Below are positions 51,485-59,609 of a DNA stretch of 64,000 nucleotides, piece by piece. The first letter of the stretch is position 1, and each line of letters starts with the position of its first letter. This DNA is from Spirochaetia bacterium (GTDB lineage Bacteria; Spirochaetota; Spirochaetia; SP-2023): contig OZ253665.1 in assembly GCA_965263295.1 (NCBI GenBank), positions 1,504,001-1,568,000 of the forward strand, in the 5' to 3' direction. The position numbers and the translations under genes were made by a program. The notes beneath the pieces are model-generated. The model worked only from the letters and a program-made list of their open reading frames with translations, ran no database searches and was not told where the DNA came from.

Positions 51485-53554
51485 ATGCAAAGTATTGGCA
51501 AGAAATATCGGACCCGCAGAGACAACGTCATTGATATTTTTGAGCATTACAAAGACAAAAGAGGCGATCTTAATGATGGCGTCGATATCGAATATCTGGA
51601 CCGTAGGATTGACTCCCTCAAAAAAAATAAATTCATGCTGGCGGTGGCCGGGGAAGTAAAAGCGGGCAAGTCGACATTCATCAACGCGCTTCTGGGCGCG
51701 GAAATCCTGCCGGTCGATGTCCTGCAGGCATCCAGTACCATCGTGGAAGTCTGCAAAGCCCCCGCGCCGTTTTTGCGCGTCAAATATTTGGACGGAACGG
51801 AAGAAAATTTTCCCCAGCAATCCCCCCCCCCCACACACACAAGCGACACGCGCGAAGCCATTGAGAAGAAAATTAAACAACGGCTGCGCCAGATATGCGC
51901 AATCCGTGAAGAATATCGTCAGATATCGACGACACAGATAGACGACGACATCATTAACAATGCTCTTCCTGCACAAGTCGATGACGCCTACGTAAATAAA
52001 TTACAAGGAGCTTCCAACGAGAAGCTTGCAGGCAAGCATGGCCTGATTAAAAAATATATTGAGCAGAGGGGCAGGAAGGTTCCAGTTGAGATTGAATTGG
52101 GCTATCCCCTGGAATGGAACTTTGACGAGCTGCGCCTCGTCGATAGCCCCGGAGTCAATGCGACTGGCGGGGTGCAGGATCGCACATACCAATTCATTGC
52201 CCAGGCCGATGCCATCCTGTTTGTGCACCCAATCAAACCCGTTGAATCTGAGTCTTTCAGAAAATTCGTCGATAATGTTATCCCTAATCGCAGCCAAGGG
52301 ATGCTGTTTCTGGTCCTGACCCACGCGGGGCCCCCCAATACTGACGATGAAGTCGAGAAGCTCTGCGCCGAGGCCAAACGACTATACGGGGATAAAATAT
52401 CCGAAGATCGCATTCTGGCTGTCGACAGTCTGCTCGGACTGATCTACAAAGACCTCGCTCGTGGTGTTCCGCTTGAAGAGATCGAAAAATGTCAAAAGAA
52501 AGAGGACGCAATCTCCATACACCAAAATCGAGCTACAAAAAAGGGTAAGAAATTGATTGATGTCGTGCGCGAAAGTTCTGGGTTTGTGGAGCTCTCTGCT
52601 GCCATTGATGAATTTTCCATGCGGGCTCCGCTAGAGAATCTGCGCGAGATTGTGGAAAAGATCAAGGCGGGGTATGAGGCGCAGGAAAACAGGTACGACG
52701 AAGATCGCAAGATGCTGGAAGATAAGCGCAAAGACCCCCAGGAGTTTGCAGTAAATATAGACCACATCACCAACGATCTTGATCAATTAAAACTATTTTT
52801 CAATGAAACTGGGGACGCATTAAAAAAGGAATGGACGGGCACCCAGGCCCCATGGAAGGACCCCGTCGAAGAACTTGAAACAAAGTATCAGCAACTCATA
52901 CGTGAAAGTCAGGGAATTGACAGCCTCAGGAAAAACTTTTTCGATGCCTCCAATTCTACGAAGGATATACAGAAGGAATATTCGCAGAAATTGAGCGCGA
53001 GGATTACAGAAGCACTTGAGGAGCAGGGCCGGGCATTCAAAGCAAAATATCAGATATCCATTCCCCAGGTTGACCTGGACGCCTTGGAGAAACACGCAAA
53101 GGAGGCGGCCTGGAGCGAGGAAGCTGTTTATGAAACCCATGAGGTAGACCGCAAGTGGGATTTTGGGGATTGGGTTTCCCTGGGATTGGCACGCTGGTTC
53201 CGAGATAACAAAGAAGAGGTAACAGTCCAGACAGGCACCAAAGAGGTGTTTGATGAAGACAAATTTCTTGAGGGCTTTAAAACAAAATGCGAGTCCAAAT
53301 TTTGTGATATCATCGTCCCAGCTCTCAAAGCCGGATTCCCTAAATACTTGGAAGAATGTTTAAATTCTTTTAAAGACGAAATGGATTCGCTCATCAATGC
53401 CCGGCAGAAGGATCTTGAGGAAGTAAAGCACAAGCAACAATCCAATCAGGAGATCATTGCGGAAATTGAGGATTTGGGCAAAAAAAAAGCGAGCATTCAG
53501 TCGGAAAAGTTGCGCTGCATCGAATTGCTGGAGGACCTGGAGAAGCTGATATGA
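51485..53554 (+). CDS. Bacterial dynamin-like GTPase
   Basis: G1 LAVAGEVKAGKSTFINALLG, G3 LVDSPG, G4-like LVLTH, long helical/coiled-coil C-terminus; SD AAGGAGGA. Confidence 0.88.
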   Translation: MQSIGKKYRTRRDNVIDIFEHYKDKRGDLNDGVDIEYLDRRIDSLKKNKFMLAVAGEVKAGKSTFINALLGAEILPVDVLQASSTIVEVCKAPAPFLRVKYLDGTEENFPQQSPPPTHTSDTREAIEKKIKQRLRQICAIREEYRQISTTQIDDDIINNALPAQVDDAYVNKLQGASNEKLAGKHGLIKKYIEQRGRKVPVEIELGYPLEWNFDELRLVDSPGVNATGGVQDRTYQFIAQADAILFVHPIKPVESESFRKFVDNVIPNRSQGMLFLVLTHAGPPNTDDEVEKLCAEAKRLYGDKISEDRILAVDSLLGLIYKDLARGVPLEEIEKCQKKEDAISIHQNRATKKGKKLIDVVRESSGFVELSAAIDEFSMRAPLENLREIVEKIKAGYEAQENRYDEDRKMLEDKRKDPQEFAVNIDHITNDLDQLKLFFNETGDALKKEWTGTQAPWKDPVEELETKYQQLIRESQGIDSLRKNFFDASNSTKDIQKEYSQKLSARITEALEEQGRAFKAKYQISIPQVDLDALEKHAKEAAWSEEAVYETHEVDRKWDFGDWVSLGLARWFRDNKEEVTVQTGTKEVFDEDKFLEGFKTKCESKFCDIIVPALKAGFPKYLEECLNSFKDEMDSLINARQKDLEEVKHKQQSNQEIIAEIEDLGKKKASIQSEKLRCIELLEDLEKLI
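51822..51840 (+). repeat. C11 homopolymer followed by (AC)4 inside the dynamin gene
   Basis: TCCCCCCCCCCCACACACAC read directly; ORF currently in frame. Confidence 0.93.
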
Positions 53555-54216
53555 TTGCCGAAAAGATCAAACAAGATATCGACAATGAGTTCGCGCAGCT
53601 CAATGAAGCGCTGCGCCAGACTCACTTAAAAGACGATTTTGACCCGTCTAAGCTCAAGGCCGATTTACGGGAGCACGTCCCCAAACAGATCAAATATAAG
53701 TCGGGCATGCTTCTGGATACACTGCTGAACTATCTCATGGCCGACGCCCAGAAGAGGATTAAGAGTGCCGATCTGCGGCTGCAAAATGCATTTTTCGACG
53801 CCGACTTCCGCAAGCGTGTCCGTGAATGGTTGGAGCGCCAGGAAAATGATCTCGCGTGGAAGCCGGATTCGGTGCCCTACGGATTTGATCCCCGTATAAA
53901 AGATGGGATGATTGCCGCGGGCATCACCTTTGTCGCCGGCACGGGCATTACCCTGACGCTTGTTCCGAGTGTTGTCGGAGCCATTGTCGCCGGCATCGTC
54001 ACCATTTTGCTTTCCGCCTTGGCCTTCAAGAGGTTCCATGACAGAGCCGCGCCGAAAGCCCGCGAGCTTGTAGTGGCAGATATTGACAAATACCTTGAGG
54101 CGACGCGCGAACAGGTCACTGAATGGCTGGGGAAAGTTGGCGCGGCCTTTGAAGATGATTTCCAAGCTTTCTGCAAGAACAATGGCTTTGCATTGGCGGG
54201 AAGGCCAAATGAATGA
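53551..54216 (+). CDS. Helical protein with a TM hairpin, translationally coupled to the dynamin-like gene
   Basis: ATGA overlap; GMIAAGITFVAGTGITLTLV and VVGAIVAGIVTILLSALAF hydrophobic helices. Confidence 0.8.
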   Translation: MIAEKIKQDIDNEFAQLNEALRQTHLKDDFDPSKLKADLREHVPKQIKYKSGMLLDTLLNYLMADAQKRIKSADLRLQNAFFDADFRKRVREWLERQENDLAWKPDSVPYGFDPRIKDGMIAAGITFVAGTGITLTLVPSVVGAIVAGIVTILLSALAFKRFHDRAAPKARELVVADIDKYLEATREQVTEWLGKVGAAFEDDFQAFCKNNGFALAGRPNE

Positions 54217-54319
54217 GGTCGCCCGCGTCAAAACGCCAAGTGAGCGCCAGTCTCTCGTCGACGATGCTTCTCAAAAGCTTTTGCCCTGGTGGTCTGCCGA
54301 CGACACGGATAGACGATGA
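54209..54319 (+). pseudogene. Truncated 5' gene fragment, possibly the start of the HerA-like ATPase
   Basis: ATG overlaps the upstream stop with an SD-like GGAAGG; ORF runs into a dynamin-derived segment and stops after 36 codons. Confidence 0.45.
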
Positions 54320-54359
54320 CATCATTAATTATGGTCTTCCCACACAAGGCGATGAAGCC
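54298..54359 (+). repeat. 62-bp diverged copy of an internal dynamin-gene segment (51927-51988)
   Basis: 53/62 identical, ungapped, by manual alignment; TTRIDDDIINYGLPTQGDEA vs TTQIDDDIINNALPAQVDDA. Confidence 0.9.
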
Positions 54360-54428
54360 AGACCGGCAGGTCATGCTCGCTTGAATGCGCATTGATCTTT
54401 CCCTTGCTCCTGACAAAGAAGATTTGCC

Positions 54429-55088
54429 ATGCACGGCCCCTCCCCCGACGAAAGATATCCGTTTCCGGGTGCGACGCACACGGTCTTCATCAAGAACGTC
54501 ATTGCAGGTGCGAACATCGAAGCCGGTGACTACAGTTATTATAACGATCCGGTAGACGCCGAACGCTTCCAGGAAAAATGCGTCCGCTATCACTTCGAGT
54601 TCATGCAGGACCGGCTGGTGATCGGGAAATTCTGCGCGATTGCGACCGGCGTGGAATTCATCATGAACGGCGCCAACCATGCGCTTGACGGCCTTTCGAC
54701 CTATCCCTTCAGCATCTTCCAGAACGGCTGGGACAAAGACTTCGATCCAGCCGTCTTTCTGAAAGGTTCGCGCGGAGGCACGGTCATCGGCAACGATGTC
54801 TGGATCGGCACGGACGCCACCATCCTGCCCGGTGTCACGGTGGGCGATGGCGCAGTTATCGGCGCAAAATCCGTTGTCGGGTCAAACATTCCGCCCTATG
54901 GCATTGCTGCGGGCAATCCCGCCCGGGTCATCAAGCAGCGGTTTGATCCGGACACAGCCGCAAGGCTGCAGCGCATCGCATGGTGGAACTGGCCGGTGGA
55001 GAAAATCACACGGCACATCAATGCCATTCGTGGTGGTGACATTGAAGCGCTGGAGCAGGCCGGTACGCAAGGCACGGAAACGATGTGA
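54429..55088 (+). CDS. Vat/CatB-related hexapeptide-repeat O-acetyltransferase (streptogramin A acetyltransferase-like)
   Basis: [56 protein letters not shown]. Confidence 0.9.
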   Translation: MHGPSPDERYPFPGATHTVFIKNVIAGANIEAGDYSYYNDPVDAERFQEKCVRYHFEFMQDRLVIGKFCAIATGVEFIMNGANHALDGLSTYPFSIFQNGWDKDFDPAVFLKGSRGGTVIGNDVWIGTDATILPGVTVGDGAVIGAKSVVGSNIPPYGIAAGNPARVIKQRFDPDTAARLQRIAWWNWPVEKITRHINAIRGGDIEALEQAGTQGTETM

Positions 55089-55876
55089 TTAAGAACTCAA
55101 ATACCAAGATTGTTCACCGTCTGGTCTCAAAAGATGATCAATTGCTATTGGCGGGTTCTCTAAGCATAGATGACCATGAGGCATTGTATCTGAACAGGCT
55201 AAATACCGGTCATGCGCTGTGCCACAAAGAAGGGATGGGGCGCCCGGTAGAGTGCGCGGTTTTAGACGATCTCAAGTCCCGCGCGGTAAGTGATTATGGA
55301 GTTAAAAAGTCAATGGCCAGCTTGAAACCTGCTGGTTTGCAAGGTGATCAGGCTTATCAGATAGGCTCCTGGCTCGGCGAAGACGGCCGGAAATTGACCG
55401 TTAGATTCTTGAACTCACTGATAACGCTGCCCGCTTTTGAACTGGACAAGCTACCGAGTGTGTTTAAGAAAGAAATACAGAAATTATTGGATTCAAAAGT
55501 TTTCCCGTATCAAAGTGATGATTCATTATTTTCGGATTACTGCGTTTTGCAGATCATGGTCTTGCTAAATAAAGGAATGTATTGTCGCAACAATCCTTTT
55601 CCCCGCGGCCTTAGGGCAGCACTTGCCGCTGTTGTGGAAAGACCTAACAAAGAATCTCAAGCACAACTGTTGGAGGCCTTGAAGACTTTGTGGCAAGTAC
55701 CCGAGGCCAGGCAATTCATCGAAGATCTTATTGCGCAAAATGTTCAGTCATTATTTCAGAATCCTGCGAGAGCCGCTTTAACGGAGATTGAAAGCACAAT
55801 TTCCACGTTTTTATTAGTAGAGGATACCGACACGATAAAGAAGATTTCGCAAAAAATTCCGCAGAAACTGGTTTAA
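55082..55876 (+). pseudogene. C-terminal remnant of a HerA/DUF87-like P-loop ATPase
   Basis: Begins [16 protein letters not shown]...LNTGHAL, the post-Walker-B segment of HerA-like ATPases; no Walker A/B present upstream. Confidence 0.7.
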
Positions 55877-55912
55877 GGGCCTGGACCCAATTCTAAAAAA
55901 TGGAGGTGATAC

Positions 55913-56581
55913 ATGCTTGAAAAACTTAGTGCGAGTGCATCCAGGGAAGTGGCTCGCATAGGCGAAGCTTTCAAAGAGACAGCTATTGAGAGAACTAAGG
56001 AGCTGCCGCAATTTAGCATGGAGACTATCGAGAATAGTTCTTTGGAGAGTTTGAGGGCACAAAATGAATCTCGTCTTGCAGAGACGGCGCTCAAAGAGCA
56101 AACTGAGACAGAGAGAGACGCAGGCACTGAGACCAAGGGGCTGACAGAAGAAGAAAAACAACAAATCAAGGATGAAACTGGTTGGTCTGATGAAGTCATT
56201 GATGCAATTCGCTCAACGGAGGAATGTGATGTTTATAAGAATGCCGGGCTCCGGGAAAATGAGATAAATGGCAGGGAATGTCTAGTTAGAAGTGATATTG
56301 ATTGGGATCGGCAAGACGATATGGGACGTACCAATAGAGAGAGGGCTGAGGCGGGTCTTTCTCCAATCAATAAAGATGGAGACACCATTGAATTACACCA
56401 TATTGGGCAGAAGAGCGATGCTTCTCTCGCCGAATTAACTCCGGATGAACACAGAAGTAAAGAAAATTATTCGGTATTGCACGACACAAAAAAAGATTCT
56501 GAAATAGATCGAGATGTATTCAGCGGTGAACGAAGCGATCATTGGAAGGCAAGGGCAAACGTGGGAGGACAAAATGCATGA
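55913..56581 (+). CDS. HNH/EndoVII-fold nuclease with LHH motif (polymorphic-toxin-type domain)
   Basis: GRTN.ER...GLSP...DG..IELHHIGQ....LAEL...EH, VLH, SEIDR..F..ER..HWK. Confidence 0.9.
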   Translation: MLEKLSASASREVARIGEAFKETAIERTKELPQFSMETIENSSLESLRAQNESRLAETALKEQTETERDAGTETKGLTEEEKQQIKDETGWSDEVIDAIRSTEECDVYKNAGLRENEINGRECLVRSDIDWDRQDDMGRTNRERAEAGLSPINKDGDTIELHHIGQKSDASLAELTPDEHRSKENYSVLHDTKKDSEIDRDVFSGERSDHWKARANVGGQNA

Positions 56582-56975
56582 TAGCATTATTGAGGCAATT
56601 GAAAAGCGATTTAAATTGTACAAGACAAAGGGTGCATCTGACGAGCTTATCGCAGAGGCAGAGAGGCAGCTGGGCTTAAACTTTGCTGATGATTATAAAG
56701 AATACCTATCTCATTTTGGGGCAATATCATTTGGCTCCACGGAACTGACAGGATTGAATATTGGCAGTTATGCAAATGTCGTCAGTGTCACACTAAAAGA
56801 AATTCAAAGAAATAACTCATTCCCCAAAGGATCTATTGTCTTGGAGAATACAGGCATGGAAGGCTTCTTGGTATTGCAGAAAGAAGATGGAGAAGTGTAT
56901 GGATGGCTAGACGGGAAAAAAAAGGATACATTCCCGAATTTACAGGCATTTTTGAGTAGCAAGATTAGCAATTAG
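56574..56975 (+). CDS. SMI1/KNR4 (SUKH) family immunity protein
   Basis: GASDELIAEAERQLGLNFADDYKEYL..FG motif; overlaps the nuclease stop; SD GGAGGA. Confidence 0.9.
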   Translation: MHDSIIEAIEKRFKLYKTKGASDELIAEAERQLGLNFADDYKEYLSHFGAISFGSTELTGLNIGSYANVVSVTLKEIQRNNSFPKGSIVLENTGMEGFLVLQKEDGEVYGWLDGKKKDTFPNLQAFLSSKISN

Positions 56976-57098
56976 AAATCTTCTGAGTATATTAAGGGGA
57001 ATATTGGAACTTGCGGGCTAGATAATATTGATTGCTTGGAATTATTGATTGTGAAAATAAGGGATTAGTCGGGCTCCACAACAGGCAGGAAGCATTCC

Positions 57099-57815
57099 TC
57101 AGTCTGCTTCGCCTTTGAGGAACTGCAAGAGCAGCTTACATGCCCGCATGCGGTGGGATAATAAGTTCTTTTGCCAAGGTTGCAATTCGGCCAGCGTTTT
57201 TCCTGCAAGCTGCTCTGCAAGGTGGGTGCTGTCATGGTGAGTGGCCTTGTTGATTTCAGCTTTGTGTATTTCAAATATGGGGTCGTAGCCAAAGGCATCG
57301 CCAGATAAGCTGCGCGGTTCTTTTGTTATCTGGCCCTGAATGCCAGATTGTGTGCTGAAAAGCATGTTTTTTGATTTTTGTTGCGGTCCGAGCAGCACCA
57401 GGCAGCAGATAAAACGTGCACTGCGCTCTGGGCTGGCCGCTTTTGCCAGTTCGTCGAGCAGACGGGTGTTGCGTTCGGCAGCAGAAAGTTTTTTGCCACC
57501 GTAGCGGGCGCTATAGACTCCAGGGCGTTCTTGCAGCGCTGCCACTTCCAAACCAGAGTCATCGGCCAATATCCATTTATTGGGACAGAGGGCCTGGACA
57601 GCTCTTGCCTTGAGCAGGGCGTTACCCCAGTAAGTCTGGGCGTCTTCGTCGCAGTCGAAAGCCGGAGCACTTTGGATCTGCCAGTTTTTTAGTAATTGAA
57701 CGAATTCCTGCCGTTTGTGCTCATTTTGACTAGCCAGAATGACGGTCTGCGAAAAAACCTCAGAAGAAGGAGAGGAAGACATGACCGGGTCTCCTAAGCG
57801 ATATCTTGTCCCCAT
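57099..57815 (-). CDS. rdgB: dITP/XTP pyrophosphatase (Ham1 family)
   Basis: LASQNEHKRQE, NALLKA, ADDSGLEV, PGVYSARY, FGYDPIF, KNLLSHR. Confidence 0.94.
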   Translation of the reverse strand: MGTRYRLGDPVMSSSPSSEVFSQTVILASQNEHKRQEFVQLLKNWQIQSAPAFDCDEDAQTYWGNALLKARAVQALCPNKWILADDSGLEVAALQERPGVYSARYGGKKLSAAERNTRLLDELAKAASPERSARFICCLVLLGPQQKSKNMLFSTQSGIQGQITKEPRSLSGDAFGYDPIFEIHKAEINKATHHDSTHLAEQLAGKTLAELQPWQKNLLSHRMRACKLLLQFLKGEAD

Positions 57816-57904
57816 CCTCTATGCTTGCTAAACCCTGATAGACTTGGCTGTAAAAAATGAAATACAGCCCACAATGATTAATTTTACTGTCAAAAACTCT
57901 GGAA

Positions 57905-57991
57905 AGGGGAATTGGATTCCTGGAAAAACGGTAGGCCGCTGCTTCCTTCCGGACCTGACGGGGTTGAACCGCCACACATAACCCAAGCCCT
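57905..57991 (-). ncRNA. ffs: Small signal recognition particle RNA (4.5S)
   Basis: Conserved CCGTCAGGTCCGGAAGGAAGCAGCGG inside a long hairpin. Confidence 0.93.
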
Positions 57992-58000
57992 AACCAGAGA

Positions 58001-58087
58001 CGGAGAGAGAGGGATTCGAACCCTCGGTACCGTTGCCGATACACACGCGTTCCAGGCGTGCTCCTTAAACCGCTCGGACATCTCTCC
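58001..58087 (-). tRNA. tRNA-Ser (anticodon GGA)
   Basis: GGAGAGATGTCCGAGCGGTTTAAGGAG-CACGC-CTGGAAC-GCGTG, long variable arm, GGTTCGAATCC. Confidence 0.96.
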
Positions 58088-58111
58088 AAAGAGTCTAAAC
58101 ATACCCGAATT

Positions 58112-58185
58112 CGTACCCAAGTGGATTCGAACCACCGACCTTCAGAACCGCAATCTGATGCTCTATCCAGCTGAGCTATGGGTAC
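58112..58185 (-). tRNA. tRNA-Arg (anticodon GCG)
   Basis: GTACCCATAGCTCAGCTGGATAGAGCA-TCAGA-TTGCGGT-TCTGA...GGTTCGAATCC. Confidence 0.95.
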
Positions 58186-58430
58186 TTGATATGCCGTCTT
58201 AGCAACAAAATTCATGCTAAGCGACTTGCGGTAAAAAATGTAGTGGAATCAAACCGGCATGTCAAGCGATTGGACTTTGAGTCATATTGGACGCTTTTTC
58301 TGGTTAAAATTATTAAACAATCGCCCCAAAGATGCCGCATGACTCAGAAACTGCACACTTGCTCATTCACCACCTTAAAATGTTGGCCATTCTGCCCCCA
58401 AAAGGAAAATTCTCGCCTCCCCTGCGTACA

Positions 58431-58537
58431 TTTCGTGACTTTTCGCCGTCTTCGTGCCTTTTCGTGGTTACTCTTTCGTGGTCCCCCTCTCCGTCCCTTG
58501 ATCAGTAACCACAAAAAACACTAAAAATACGAAAAAA
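58431..58537. repeat. Cluster of TTCGTG motifs with an inverted degenerate copy
   Basis: Four TTCGTG plus one TTCGCC; TTTTCGTGGTTACT (58459-58472) is the reverse complement of AGTAACCACAAAAA (58504-58517) with one mismatch. Confidence 0.7.
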
Positions 58538-58550
58538 GGCAAAGCTGGTC

Positions 58551-59597
58551 ATGCAAGACCAATTTCTCTACATTACAAGGCTTGTTATGGCCCCCTCCCC
58601 ATTCCGCTTGCAATTCGTGTCCCGGCTTTCTGCACGGCTTTCTTACTGGCTGATCCCCGCCCTGACCAGTCTGGCAATGGCTGCTGCCTTCTTTCTCGCG
58701 CCAAAATTCCCCGCTCTCGAAAGTATACTCAAACCGTATGCCAAATATAATCTCAGTATACTTTTGCTGATAAATGCCCTGCACATCAATTATCGCTCAG
58801 TCAGCCATCTGCTGCTGCGCCGCCCGCTCTTGTTGACCTACGCCATCCTAGCCGGCAATGTATTGTTGCCAATTCTTGTCAGCGCCGTCTGCCGCTTCGT
58901 CTGGCCATCGGCCCTGCCCGCCGCCGTGCTGCTCGGTGGCACCAGTTCGGGATTTTCGGCCGTATCTTTTGCCATTCTGCTGCGCCTGGCGCCAGAACTA
59001 AACCTCTTGATAACCCTCGGCGCCTCCCTTTTGGTGCCCTTTTCCCTGCCGATCCTGCTATATCTGCTGGCCAGTTCCAGCGTCGAAATCGATCTGGCCG
59101 GCATGATGCTGCAAATGGCATGGATAATTTTCACACCGGTATTGTGTGAACGCGGCCTGTTTTGGGGCCTGCGTCGCGCGCACAGCTGGCTCAAGGCCCA
59201 TTCGCAGCCCATTGTCGCTTTTAACTTGTCCGTCACAGCTTTTATTCTGATGCTCTCCGGCCAGGCCATACTGCGCCGCGAGGCCGCCCGGTTCGCCTAT
59301 ATTCTGGCTTTTTCGCTTTTCATGGTCGCACTGATTTACATACTCACATTGCTCTTGTTTTGCCGCGCCACCCTCGAAACCCAGCTAATCATGCTCACCG
59401 CCAATATGGTCAGCAATACCGGCCTCGCCATGGTGCAGGCCCTCGAATACCTCGACGACATCACAATCGCCATTGCCATCATATTCAGCATCATTTGGAA
59501 TTTTAATATCATCTTTCTGCGCGCGTGGCCGCCGCTGCGCAAATTCCTCTTGCAAAAATGCCTAGGGCGCAAGCAGAGCGAGGAAAATTTACTGTAA
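58551..59597 (+). CDS. Multi-pass transporter, bile acid:sodium symporter-like
   Basis: About 9-10 TM helices; NVLLP, LLVPFSLP, NTGLA motifs. Confidence 0.65.
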   Translation: MQDQFLYITRLVMAPSPFRLQFVSRLSARLSYWLIPALTSLAMAAAFFLAPKFPALESILKPYAKYNLSILLLINALHINYRSVSHLLLRRPLLLTYAILAGNVLLPILVSAVCRFVWPSALPAAVLLGGTSSGFSAVSFAILLRLAPELNLLITLGASLLVPFSLPILLYLLASSSVEIDLAGMMLQMAWIIFTPVLCERGLFWGLRRAHSWLKAHSQPIVAFNLSVTAFILMLSGQAILRREAARFAYILAFSLFMVALIYILTLLLFCRATLETQLIMLTANMVSNTGLAMVQALEYLDDITIAIAIIFSIIWNFNIIFLRAWPPLRKFLLQKCLGRKQSEENLL

Positions 59598-59609
59598 AAC
59601 TCAAACGAC

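Noticed and set aside
54360..55100. Integron gene cassette around the acetyltransferase
   Set aside because: No recognisable attC palindrome after the stop; the gene abuts the ATPase remnant directly.
51453..58185. tRNA-anchored integrative element carrying the dynamin cassette
   Set aside because: No integrase and no duplicated tRNA 3' end found; rdgB and ffs separate the cassette from the tRNAs.
57760..58215. ORFs of 151, 96 and 81 aa in the track
   Set aside because: They overlap tRNA-Arg, tRNA-Ser and SRP RNA and are spurious.
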